Assembly (NCBI GenBank): GCA_964291295.2
Contig: OZ219754.1
Span: forward strand, 2,432,001 to 2,496,000
Length of the DNA: 64,000 bases
Origin: an uncultured Candidatus Binatia bacterium
Lineage (GTDB): Bacteria > Desulfobacterota > Binatia > UBA9968 > JAJDTQ01
Direction of reading: 5' to 3'
Position 1 is the stretch's first letter, and each line of letters opens with the position of its first letter. The notes under the pieces are model-generated. The model was given only the letters and a program-made list of their open reading frames with translations. It did no database searches and was not told the DNA's origin. A program made the translations under genes and the position numbers. Shown one piece after another: positions 9,347 to 18,237 of the stretch.

Positions 9347-10336
9347 GTGAACGATTCGGCGTCCCAGAAGACGACGGTTTCCCACGAGACGCCGGCACCG
9401 CCCGGGGAGCGGCGCGGCCGGGCGCGGTTCATCCCCGTGGCACTCACCCTGGTCATCTTCGGCATCATCTTCTGGCGCATTCCCTTCGACGCTTTCTGGC
9501 AGGCGGTGTCGGGTGCGCGGCTGCTGCCGTTCTTCACCCTCATGGCCTCGTTCTCCTTGTGCTTCTTCCTGGCCGACGTGGCGGTGCTGGCGGCACTGAT
9601 CCGCTGGTTTCACGGACCGCTCCGGTATCGGGAGCTGCTGCCGGTGCGGGCCTCCACATACATCGTTTCGATCATCAACACCCAACTCGCCCAAGCCGCA
9701 CTGGCGCTCTACCTCAACCGGCGTTTCCGAACGCCCCTGGGCGAGATCACCAGCACGGTAATCCTGCTCATCCTGCTGGAGGCCACCAACCTCATCTTCT
9801 TCGCCACCGCCGGCTCGGTGGCCTTTCCCGGCGGCATGCCGGCCGTGTTCTTCGTGCTGCCGGTGGTGCTGGCCGTGCTCTGGACAGCGGTCCCGGGCAT
9901 CGCGCGCGGTGGGCTCGGGGTGCTGGGACGGTGGCTCGGCGGCAACGTGCTGTTGTCCACATTCCGCAAGGTGCGGTGGCCCCAGGCTCTGGCGATCCTC
10001 GCACTGAAGGGATCGGTGTTCGTCCTGTCGCTCCTGGTCCATGCCACGGCGCTGACGTTCTTCGGCATCGAGATACCGCTCCCGCGGTTGCTGGCGTTCC
10101 TGCCCATCGTTTACCTGGTGGCCGCGTTGCCCGTGACCGTGGCCCATCTCGGCACTTCGCAGGCCGCCTGGATCTTCTTCTTCGGCGGCTACGCCGCGGA
10201 AGCCGACCTGCTTGCCTACAGCCTGGCGGCGCACCTGACCTTCATGCTGGCCAACGGCGGATTCGGCCTGGTCTTTCTGCCCCGGGTGTACGCGGACCTG
10301 TTCCCGCGAAGGCAGGCGGGAGAGACGACGGTTTGA
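9347..10336 (+). CDS. Lysylphosphatidylglycerol-synthase TM / flippase-like membrane protein
   Basis: About 8 TM segments; LPVTVAHLGTSQAA resembles the LP.T..G.G..E motif of this family. Confidence 0.6.
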   Translation: MNDSASQKTTVSHETPAPPGERRGRARFIPVALTLVIFGIIFWRIPFDAFWQAVSGARLLPFFTLMASFSLCFFLADVAVLAALIRWFHGPLRYRELLPVRASTYIVSIINTQLAQAALALYLNRRFRTPLGEITSTVILLILLEATNLIFFATAGSVAFPGGMPAVFFVLPVVLAVLWTAVPGIARGGLGVLGRWLGGNVLLSTFRKVRWPQALAILALKGSVFVLSLLVHATALTFFGIEIPLPRLLAFLPIVYLVAALPVTVAHLGTSQAAWIFFFGGYAAEADLLAYSLAAHLTFMLANGGFGLVFLPRVYADLFPRRQAGETTV

Positions 10337-10395
10337 GCCGCCGCCGGACCCGCGCCCACTCGCCGGAATCCGGAAAGGCGGTCAAGGGAGCAGAC

Positions 10396-11646
10396 ATGGC
10401 ACCTTCAATGTTCACCTCGTTCCTGCGTTCCGGCACCCGACGCCTCGCCGCGGAGACGCGGGAACTGGGGCGGGAGCGGGTTCGGCTGCTGGGTGTGGTG
10501 ACCGGCGGGCATGTGGCGATCCATTGGTTCCAGCAGCTGTTCACCGTGGCCCAGCCGTTCATCAAGGCCGGACTGGGTCTCAGCGGGGTTCAGTATGGAG
10601 CGTTGGCCGCGGCCCGGCAGTTCGGGCAGGGTACTCTCAACCTGCCCTGCGGCATGCTCGGAGACGCCCTGTTCCGGCATCGCGACGCGATCCTGGCGTC
10701 GTCCCTGGTGATGATGGGGGTGGCCTATCTGCTCTTCGGCAGCCGCGGCGGTTTCCAGGCCGCTTTCGCCGCCAGCGTGCTCATCGGTTTTGGCACCGCG
10801 CTGTGGCATCCCACCGCGGCGGCGACTCTCACGTCCAAGTTCCCGCAGCGCCGGGCCACCGCCATGGCGGTCCACGGCACCGGCGCCACGGTGAGCGACA
10901 GCCTCTCGCCGCTGGCACAGGGCCTGCTGGTGGCCGCCCTGCCCTGGGAAGAGGTGCTGTGGTGGCACATCGTGCCGGGAGTGCTGGCGGGTTTTCTGGT
11001 ATTGCGCGGTCTGCTGGGCACCTTTCGGGACGATACCCGGGTGCCGTCCCGCAGCTCGCGTCTTCGCGAAATGATGGCGTTGCTGGGCAACGGCTCGTTC
11101 GTGGCCATATCGGCGTCCAGGGGCTTTCTCACCATGGGCCGCGTGGTGATCCTCACTTTCCTGCCCATCTATCTTGTCGCGGAACTCGACTTCACGGCCA
11201 CGGCGCTGGGCGTCTACGTCTTTCTCCTGCACGTGGTGGGGATCTTCTCCCAGACCCCCCTGGGTTATCTGTCCGACCGCCATGGCCGGAAACCGGTGCT
11301 GGTTCCGTCCATGGCGGTGTTGGGCATCCTGTACATGCTCCTCGCCGTGGCTCCGCCGGTGACGGTCCTGACCCTCGTCATCATTGCCATCGGCACCTTT
11401 TTCTACACGCTGATGAACGTCATGACCGCCGTCATCTCGGACGTGTCCGGCGCCAACGTGCAGGCCTCCTCCCAAGGGCTCACCACCGTCCTGGCCCAGG
11501 CGGCCGTGCTGCCCACCCCGATCATCGCCGGTTACCTGGCGGATCACTACGGGATCGGCTCCACTTTCGTCCTGGCGGGAATCTTCGTGCTGCTGGCGGC
11601 GCTCTGTCTCGCGCCGCTGAAGCTCTATCCGGGGGACCGGCGGTAG
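10396..11646 (+). CDS. MFS transporter
   Basis: 12-TM pattern, GYLSDRHGRK motif A, WHP motif of FSR-like MFS; start trimmed from ORF 9559. Confidence 0.85.
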   Translation: MAPSMFTSFLRSGTRRLAAETRELGRERVRLLGVVTGGHVAIHWFQQLFTVAQPFIKAGLGLSGVQYGALAAARQFGQGTLNLPCGMLGDALFRHRDAILASSLVMMGVAYLLFGSRGGFQAAFAASVLIGFGTALWHPTAAATLTSKFPQRRATAMAVHGTGATVSDSLSPLAQGLLVAALPWEEVLWWHIVPGVLAGFLVLRGLLGTFRDDTRVPSRSSRLREMMALLGNGSFVAISASRGFLTMGRVVILTFLPIYLVAELDFTATALGVYVFLLHVVGIFSQTPLGYLSDRHGRKPVLVPSMAVLGILYMLLAVAPPVTVLTLVIIAIGTFFYTLMNVMTAVISDVSGANVQASSQGLTTVLAQAAVLPTPIIAGYLADHYGIGSTFVLAGIFVLLAALCLAPLKLYPGDRR

Positions 11647-11679
11647 CTGCCCGCCGGCGAGAATGCGGCGCCGCCGATG

Positions 11680-12255
11680 TCAACCGGAACGGCGCAGGTT
11701 CCGGACGAACACCACCACCGTGTACACGAACACGGCGTCGCCCGCCCGTCGGATCCGGGCGGTCCACCGGCCGCCGCCGAGCCAGGCCCCCAGGGCCACC
11801 GCGCCCACCAGCAGGTAGAAGAGGACGCCGGCGGTCTTGCCCGGGATATCCTCCCGGAGTCGTGGCGGCCGGTCGGAGGACGGGTTCCGGTTTCGGAAGA
11901 AAAACTGCGCCGCGAGGGCGGCCACGGCCAGTGGCACCCAGTAGCCCACCCGATCAAGCCATGCCGCGGCCAGCAGGGTCGAGGTGTTGAACCAGACGTC
12001 GGCCAGTACGTCCAGCCGTCCCCATCGGGGGTTTTGGTCGCCGGCCCGGCGCGCGAAGTATCCGTCCAGCAGGTCCGAGGACGCGGTCAGCAGGTAAAGT
12101 GCGAACAGCAGTGCGCCGGCGGGGCCGGGGGGCTCGCCGCGGGTTTCGAGAAGGAGGTGGATGAAGGGAACGGGGGCAGCGAAGCGCCCAAGGGTCAGCC
12201 CGTTGGCAAGGCCGCGATGGAAGGTGGAGACGGTTGCGTCCGTCCCGTGGCTCAG
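11680..12255 (-). CDS. CDP-alcohol phosphatidyltransferase family protein (probable CTG start)
   Basis: Reading upstream in frame from ORF 11680-11949 gives ANGLTLGR...SDLLDGYFARR...WGRLDVLAD (D-x2-DG-x2-AR...G-x2-D-x3-D signature). No ATG/GTG/TTG in frame; CTG at 12255 overlaps the upstream TGA and follows GGAG. Confidence 0.8.
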   Translation of the reverse strand: MSHGTDATVSTFHRGLANGLTLGRFAAPVPFIHLLLETRGEPPGPAGALLFALYLLTASSDLLDGYFARRAGDQNPRWGRLDVLADVWFNTSTLLAAAWLDRVGYWVPLAVAALAAQFFFRNRNPSSDRPPRLREDIPGKTAGVLFYLLVGAVALGAWLGGGRWTARIRRAGDAVFVYTVVVFVRNLRRSG

Positions 12256-12773
12256 TTGATCGGCTCCATGACCGACCCGCAGCCATCACACTTGCGGTTC
12301 TGCTCGTTGCTCCAGAAGCGCTCGAAGATGGGCGGGAGTTGCGCCACGATATCCGTAAGCTGCACCGACTCCTCGTAGATCTTGGCGTGGCAGTGGTCGC
12401 AGTACCACTGGAACCGGTCGCGTTCTCCTTCGCGCCGCTGGCGCTCGATGACGAGGCCCACGGTATCGGCCTTGCGTTGCGGCGAGTGCGGCACCCGGGG
12501 AGGGAGCAGGAAGATCTCGCCCGCGCGGATGGCGATGTCCCGGGGCAGGCCGTTCTCCATGATCCGAAGCGTCATGTCGCCTTCGAGCTGGTAGAAGAAC
12601 TCCTCGCCCTCGTCCACGTGATAGTCCTTGCGCGTGTTGGGTCCGCCCACCACCATGACCGTGAACTCGGTGTCCTTGTAGACCACCTGGTTGCCCACCG
12701 GCGGCTTGAGCAGGTGGCGGTGCTCGTCGATCCACCTTGCGAAATTGAGAGGCGGTGTGATGCGGGTCATCAT
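12252..12773 (-). CDS. nbaC: 3-hydroxyanthranilate 3,4-dioxygenase
   Basis: LKPPVGN, VGGPNTRKDYH, EEFFYQLEG, PHSPQR, GLVIE, and CxxC...CxxC rubredoxin-like site. Confidence 0.95.
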   Translation of the reverse strand: MMTRITPPLNFARWIDEHRHLLKPPVGNQVVYKDTEFTVMVVGGPNTRKDYHVDEGEEFFYQLEGDMTLRIMENGLPRDIAIRAGEIFLLPPRVPHSPQRKADTVGLVIERQRREGERDRFQWYCDHCHAKIYEESVQLTDIVAQLPPIFERFWSNEQNRKCDGCGSVMEPIN

Positions 12774-12889
12774 CGGTTCCTCCCGACGCCTCTGACGAGG
12801 CCTTTCCCCGGAACTCCTGCCCCGAGAGCCCCTCTCCCGAGGGGATGCCGGCCCGAACATATCACGATCCGGTGCGGGAGGGAAGGATT

Positions 12890-13375
12890 TCACGACGAGG
12901 CGGAGGCGCGCCCCGCGGCCCAGTGGATCATCGCCTCCTGGGCGGCGTTCTGGGGTGCCGAGCCGGCCCGCCTCACCGCGCCGTGCGCCGCGGCGGCGGT
13001 CAGCCCCAGCGCCAGCAGCACGCAGACGGCAAAGGTGCCGGTGCGGCCGATGCCGGCGGCGCAGTGGACGAGAACGTGTTCGCCCTCCGCCAGCCGTCGG
13101 GCCGTGCCCCGGGCCAGCGTCCAGAAGGCCTCCCTGTCCCGGGGGGCCTCAAGGTCTTCGACCGGAAAGCTCTCGTGTACCCATGGCGTCGTCCGCTCCT
13201 CGACCGCCCGGGCGTAGAGCGGAGACTTGTCGTCCAACTCGTCCGGGGGAACGAGACAGACCACCCGGCCGACGCCGTGCCCGAGGATGGCCCGCCACGC
13301 CTCCTGGAACGCCTCGTAGCGTCCGGGCATGCTGCCCAGGTAGAGGTGTCCGGAGACACCGTCGGGAAGTTTCAC
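12890..13375 (-). CDS. Dual-specificity/protein-tyrosine phosphatase
   Basis: HCAAGIGRTG CX5R P-loop. Confidence 0.85.
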   Translation of the reverse strand: MKLPDGVSGHLYLGSMPGRYEAFQEAWRAILGHGVGRVVCLVPPDELDDKSPLYARAVEERTTPWVHESFPVEDLEAPRDREAFWTLARGTARRLAEGEHVLVHCAAGIGRTGTFAVCVLLALGLTAAAAHGAVRRAGSAPQNAAQEAMIHWAAGRASASS

Positions 13376-13439
13376 GGCTCGGTACAGGGTCGCGCGTCCT
13401 GGCCGGGGGTCTTCCGGAGATGGCGCCGCAGCGGCGGAC

Positions 13440-14450
13440 CTACAGGGTCCGGCGCAGTTCGGCGGCGGCGGCGGTCAACAGCCCGGCCTTGGCGAAGGCG
13501 AGTTCCCGGCTCACGGTCATGAGGCCGCAGTCCGGCGCCAGCAGGAGCTTGTCCGCGTCGAGATGGCGCAGTGCGTGGCGGACCCGCGTCACCACCGATT
13601 CCACCGGCGGCACCGGCACGTCGCCGGGGTCCACGCAGCCGAACAGCACCCGCCGCTCCCGGCACACCGCGAGGAGCGCCGGGTCGTAGTGGCTGCGGGC
13701 GAACTCCACGGCGAAGCCGCCGATGGCGGTTTCGAGCAGCAGGGTGAGCAGCTCCGGGTACTCGTACTCGTGCTGCAGGCTCCTGCCGCCGGGATAGCCG
13801 TAGCAGAGGTGGACGATGGAGGGGATGGTGATTCCCTCAATGCAGCGGTCCAGGGCCCGGGCGCCGTAGGCGGCCACTTTCTCATGGTAGCGTGTCATGG
13901 CGGGCTCGTCGATCTGCACCACATCGGCGCCGGCCGCCTGAAGATCCCTCAGTTCCGCGTTGATGGCCGCGGCCACGTCCATGGCCATGGCGGCCTCATC
14001 GCCGTAGTGGTCGTCCCGGGTGCTGTCCACCACGGTCATGGGGCCCGGCACGGCCATCTTCACGGGCCGGTCCGTGTGCACCCTGGCGAAGCGCAGATCC
14101 TCCACCACCGCGGGACTCCGCCGGTGGATGGGTCCGTACACCCGGGGCACCCGGTGAATCTCCCGGCGCCTCCGGTACAGTTCCTTGGGAACCCGGTTGA
14201 CCGTGTCCACACCCTCCAGGGAGTTCAGGATGTGGTCGATGAAGTGAGGCCGCCGTTGTTCGCCGTCGGTGACCAGGTCCAGGCCCGCGAGTTCCTGGCC
14301 GCGGATGGCCAAGGCGGTGGCGTCGTCCAGGCCCTCCTGAAGCCGCTCCCCTTCCAGGTGGAAGGTCACCGTGCTGCGGGCGGCGGTGGCCAGCCACTTG
14401 GGTCGCGGAAAGCTGCCGATGGTGGTGGTGGCGATGGGGGGCAGTTGCAT
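13440..14450 (-). CDS. Cobalamin-independent methionine synthase, single catalytic-domain type
   Basis: TTTIGSFPRP, TDGEQRR, PGP.T, QIDEP, HLCYG and PDCG zinc ligands. Confidence 0.85.
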   Translation of the reverse strand: MQLPPIATTTIGSFPRPKWLATAARSTVTFHLEGERLQEGLDDATALAIRGQELAGLDLVTDGEQRRPHFIDHILNSLEGVDTVNRVPKELYRRRREIHRVPRVYGPIHRRSPAVVEDLRFARVHTDRPVKMAVPGPMTVVDSTRDDHYGDEAAMAMDVAAAINAELRDLQAAGADVVQIDEPAMTRYHEKVAAYGARALDRCIEGITIPSIVHLCYGYPGGRSLQHEYEYPELLTLLLETAIGGFAVEFARSHYDPALLAVCRERRVLFGCVDPGDVPVPPVESVVTRVRHALRHLDADKLLLAPDCGLMTVSRELAFAKAGLLTAAAAELRRTL

Positions 14451-14484
14451 GGGAGCCTCCGTGCCGGATGCCTTGGCGCGCGTG

Positions 14485-15765
14485 TCACGCCGTGCCGGGC
14501 GCGGGCGCCAGGCGGGGCGCCCGCGGGGATATTCGCATCACCAGCGCCGCGGCGATGAGTGCCAGGGCGGCGCCCGCGAGGAACGCGTACCGGTATTCAC
14601 CGAAAAGGTCGTGGACCACGCCGGCGCCCCAGCCTGCCAGCGTGGCCCCGAGCTGGTGCGCCAGGAAGATCCAGCCGAAAATGCGCGCCACCGCATGCCG
14701 CCCGAAGGTGTCGGCGGCGATGGCGGTGGTGGCCGGGCCGGTGGCGTACCAGTCGATGCCGTACACCGCGGCGAACAGGATCAGTCCGGGCAGGGTGTGC
14801 ACGAAGGGCAGCAGGAACAGCGAGCAGCCGCGCAGAAAGTAGGCCAGGGCCAGCACCTTGCGCGCGTCCATCCGGTCCACCAGCCAACCGGCGCCCAAGG
14901 TGCCGATGAAGCTGATCCCGCCCATGACTCCCACGACCAGGCCCGCCGTCAACCTGGCGATGTGCAGCTCCTCCACGACGTGGGGTACCAGGTGCAGGCC
15001 GATGAGCCCGTTGGCTGTGAAACCGCAGACGAAGAAGCCGCCGCTCAGCAGCCAGAAGGTGGGGCTGCGGAAGGCGTCGCGAACCGGGGTGGCCGACGCC
15101 GGCGGCGCCGACCGCGCCGCTCCGGAAACCAGGCCGGCGCCCCCGGCCTGGCCCAGAGGTTCCAGGCCCACGTCTTTCGGCTCGTCGCGCATCCACAGCG
15201 AGACGAGCGTCATGAGGCCAAAGGCGATGGCGGCCATGAACAGCATGCTGCCGCGCCAGCCGACGGCGGCGATGACGAGAGTCAGCACGGGCAGGAAGAC
15301 CATCTGGCCGGCGGCGTTGCCGTTGGTGAGGAGACCGATGGTGACCCCGCGATGCTTCACGAACCATCGGCTGGCCACGGCCGCGGCCAGCACGGGCGTG
15401 GCGCTGGTGCCGAAACCCACCACCACGCCCCAGAACAACAGAAGCTGCCACCAGTACTGGACGAGGGCCGTTGCCGCCAGCCCCGCCGTCACCAGCCCGA
15501 GGGAGGCGATGACCAGCCGGCGGACGCCGTAGCGGTCCACCAGCCAACCGGCCAGCGGCGCGCCGATACCGAACAGCAGGAGGTTCAGCCCGCCCGGCAC
15601 GGACGCCATGGCGCGGTTCCAACCGAACTCGGCCTCCAGCGGATTGATCAGCAGCGTGGCGGCGGAACGCGTGCCGGCGGCGGTGAGGTTGACGCAGAAC
15701 GTCAGCGCCACGACGACCCAACCGTAGAAGAAGGGCAGGGAGAGGGGAGGTTGGCGCGGTGTCAC
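14485..15765 (-). CDS. MFS transporter
   Basis: FFYGW N-terminus, GWLVDRYG motif, FWLL...FF.CG. Confidence 0.88.
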   Translation of the reverse strand: MTPRQPPLSLPFFYGWVVVALTFCVNLTAAGTRSAATLLINPLEAEFGWNRAMASVPGGLNLLLFGIGAPLAGWLVDRYGVRRLVIASLGLVTAGLAATALVQYWWQLLLFWGVVVGFGTSATPVLAAAVASRWFVKHRGVTIGLLTNGNAAGQMVFLPVLTLVIAAVGWRGSMLFMAAIAFGLMTLVSLWMRDEPKDVGLEPLGQAGGAGLVSGAARSAPPASATPVRDAFRSPTFWLLSGGFFVCGFTANGLIGLHLVPHVVEELHIARLTAGLVVGVMGGISFIGTLGAGWLVDRMDARKVLALAYFLRGCSLFLLPFVHTLPGLILFAAVYGIDWYATGPATTAIAADTFGRHAVARIFGWIFLAHQLGATLAGWGAGVVHDLFGEYRYAFLAGAALALIAAALVMRISPRAPRLAPAPGTA

Positions 15766-15790
15766 GACGGTCTGCCCGGCCCGGTTGCCG

Positions 15791-16882
15791 CTATCCGAGC
15801 TGGTAGAAACGCCGGGCGTTGGCGTGCAGGATCGCGGCCTTGTCGTCGTCCGTGAGCCTGGGGTTGTGCCGCAGCTCCTCGATGGCTTCCTTTGCCGTGG
15901 CGTGGTTCACCTCGTGCGGGAAGTCGGAGGAGAAGAGGAACGGCTTGTTGCCGGTGATGCCGACCGCGAAGGGCAGCGTCAGCTCGTCACCCTCCACGCC
16001 AACGAAGATCCGCCCCGCGTCCACGTGTCCGAGGATGTAGTCGGTGACGGATTCGTTGTCCGCGAGTCGCAGGAAGCGGCGGTTGGGGTCGTACTGGACA
16101 TGGCTGCTCCAGGAGCGCTCGAAGCGTTCCAGGCAGTTGACGAACCAGGCGGCGCCGGCTTCCAGGAAGCCGAAGCGGGCGTTGGGGTAACGGTCCAGCA
16201 CGCCGTTGAAGACAATGCCGGCGAAGTTGACCATCTGGCCGAAGGGGTGTCCCAAGGCGTTCACCGGGGCATACGGACTCATGTCGTCCAGCCCCATGTT
16301 GTCGTGCACGCCGCCATGGATGCCCAGGGCGCAGCCGAGCCGGTCGGCCTCCTGGTAGATGGGCCAGTAGCGCTCGTCGCCCAGGTGGTTCTGAAGCTGC
16401 TTCGCTCCGGTGCCCGGCAGCATGGCACCGGCGAAGCGCAGTTCCTCAACGATGCGCCGCAACTCAGCCACGGCCTCCGCGGGCTCGTGAAGCGGCACCA
16501 GCCCCATGGCCTGGAAGCGCGGGCTCCGGCCCAGGTACGCGTCGTGTATCCAGTCGTTGTAGGCCCGGGCCAGTTCGATGGCCCAGTCCCGGCTCACCAC
16601 CCGGCCGAAGGCCAGTCCGCTGGACGGGTAGAGGACCGTGCTCTCGACGCCCACATCCTCCAGGAAGTCGAGCCAACCCTCGCACCCGACCTTGGCGAAG
16701 GCCCCCTCCGGCACGAAGTGGCGGTTGGCGGCGTGGAGGTGGTCGTTGGGTGCGAAGGGGCTGCGCATGGACCAGTTGCGGACCCGGTAGTCCCCGGGCA
16801 TGCGCTGCCAGATGGCTTCGTGGTCTTCCACCACGTGCCCGTCGCCGTCGACCACCGGTGGCCGATCCTGTGAGGTGTTCAA
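15791..16882 (-). CDS. Amidohydrolase family protein (amidohydro_2/ACMSD-like fold)
   Basis: DGDGHVVE, VLYPS, ARAYNDW, IHGG, FLEAG..W, FSSDFPH. Confidence 0.85.
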   Translation of the reverse strand: MNTSQDRPPVVDGDGHVVEDHEAIWQRMPGDYRVRNWSMRSPFAPNDHLHAANRHFVPEGAFAKVGCEGWLDFLEDVGVESTVLYPSSGLAFGRVVSRDWAIELARAYNDWIHDAYLGRSPRFQAMGLVPLHEPAEAVAELRRIVEELRFAGAMLPGTGAKQLQNHLGDERYWPIYQEADRLGCALGIHGGVHDNMGLDDMSPYAPVNALGHPFGQMVNFAGIVFNGVLDRYPNARFGFLEAGAAWFVNCLERFERSWSSHVQYDPNRRFLRLADNESVTDYILGHVDAGRIFVGVEGDELTLPFAVGITGNKPFLFSSDFPHEVNHATAKEAIEELRHNPRLTDDDKAAILHANARRFYQLG

Positions 16883-18015
16883 GTCCGTTCTCCCGTTCCG
16901 TGGAACGCCGGCGCCCGCGCGCCCTCGCCCAGCCGGTAGAAGCGTCGGGCATTGCGGAAGAGGATGGCGTCCTTGTCGTCGTCGGTCAGCGCTTCGTTCT
17001 CCCGCAGCTCCTGCAATTCGTGCCTGCAGGTGGCCGCGTCCACCTCGTGGGGATAGTCGGAAGAGAACAGGAACGGCTTGTTGCCCACCACCCGGACCGC
17101 CTCGGCAAGGGACAACTCATCGCCCTCGACGCCCACGAAGATGCGGTCCTCGTCGATGTGGCGGCAGATGTAGTCCGTCAGGTTCATGCCGTCGCGAAGC
17201 TTGAGGAAGCGGCCCCGCGGGTCGTACTGCACATGGCTCGCCCAGGAGCCGGCAAAACGCTCCAGGCAGGTGAGCAGCCAGGCGCAGCCCGCTTCCAGAA
17301 AGCCGATCCGCAGTCCCGGGAACCGGTCCAGGACGCCATTGAAGATGATGCCGGCGAAGCAGATCATCTGCCCCATGGGATGGCCCAGGGCGTTCACCGG
17401 CGCGTAGGGCGTGAGGTCGTCCATGAGCATGCCCTCATGGCCGCCGCCGTGGATGCCGATGGCGCAGCCGAGCCGCTCGGCCTCCCGGTAGATGGGCCAG
17501 TATCGTTCGGAGCCCAGGTGGGGCATGTTGGCGCCGGTGGACGGCAGCATGCCGCCGCACAGGCCCAGCTCCTCCACCATGCGCCGCAATTCCTCCGCCG
17601 CGGCCCCGGGATCCTGCAGCGGGACAAGCCCCACCGCCTGAAAGCGGGGGCTTTTTGCCACGTAGGTCTCGTGGATCCAATTGTTGTAGGCCCGCGCCAG
17701 CTCGATGGCCCAGTCCCGGCTCACGATCTTGCCGAAGGCCAGCCCGGCGCTGGTGTAGAGCACCGTGGCATCGATGCGCACCTCCTCCAGGAACTCCTCC
17801 CAACCCTCCGGTCCCACCACCGCGAAGGCCCCTTCCGGCGTGTAGTGGCGGTTGGCCGAGTGCAGGTGGTCGATGGGCGGAAACGGGCTCTTGCCCCGGG
17901 CCTCGGAGAAGCTCCGGCCCACGTATTCCCTCGGCATGTGGCTGAGGATGGCCGCGATGTCTTCGACCACGTGTCCGTCGCCGTCGATGATCCGTTGAGG
18001 ATTCGCTGAAGTCAC
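16879..18015 (-). CDS. Amidohydrolase family protein, tandem paralogue
   Basis: Same motifs (DGDGHVVE, ARAYNNW, FLEAG, FSSDYPH); overlaps the downstream paralogue. Confidence 0.85.
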   Translation of the reverse strand: MTSANPQRIIDGDGHVVEDIAAILSHMPREYVGRSFSEARGKSPFPPIDHLHSANRHYTPEGAFAVVGPEGWEEFLEEVRIDATVLYTSAGLAFGKIVSRDWAIELARAYNNWIHETYVAKSPRFQAVGLVPLQDPGAAAEELRRMVEELGLCGGMLPSTGANMPHLGSERYWPIYREAERLGCAIGIHGGGHEGMLMDDLTPYAPVNALGHPMGQMICFAGIIFNGVLDRFPGLRIGFLEAGCAWLLTCLERFAGSWASHVQYDPRGRFLKLRDGMNLTDYICRHIDEDRIFVGVEGDELSLAEAVRVVGNKPFLFSSDYPHEVDAATCRHELQELRENEALTDDDKDAILFRNARRFYRLGEGARAPAFHGTGERT

Positions 18016-18080
18016 GTCCTGTCCTCCCCTGAATATGGAATGGAGCGGTGGCGGGCACCGTTCTTCGTTCTTGGATCTTC

Positions 18081-18147
18081 GGGATTGCCTTCGTTTTCCG
18101 GGATTGTTCTGGTTCTCCGGGACTGTCCTGGTTTTCCGGGACTATCC
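18081..18147. repeat. Degenerate 19-bp tandem repeat (3.5 copies)
   Basis: GGGATTGCCTTCGTTTTCC / GGGATTGTTCTGGTTCTCC / GGGACTGTCCTGGTTTTCC / GGGACTATCC. Confidence 0.75.
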
Positions 18148-18237
18148 GATCACCGTCACCATGTCAATCCGGTTCGTGCCGGGGTCGGTGCCGGTGTCTG
18201 CCGCCGGCCCGGAGTCCGGAAGGGGCGGGGTGGTCCG

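Noticed and set aside
9377-9390. parS-like GTTTCCCACGAGAC (reads VSHET)
   Set aside because: Four mismatches to GTTTCACGTGAAAC and the palindrome is lost.
18081-18147. Possible mini-CRISPR
   Set aside because: Repeats are contiguous and degenerate with no spacers, and there are no cas genes.
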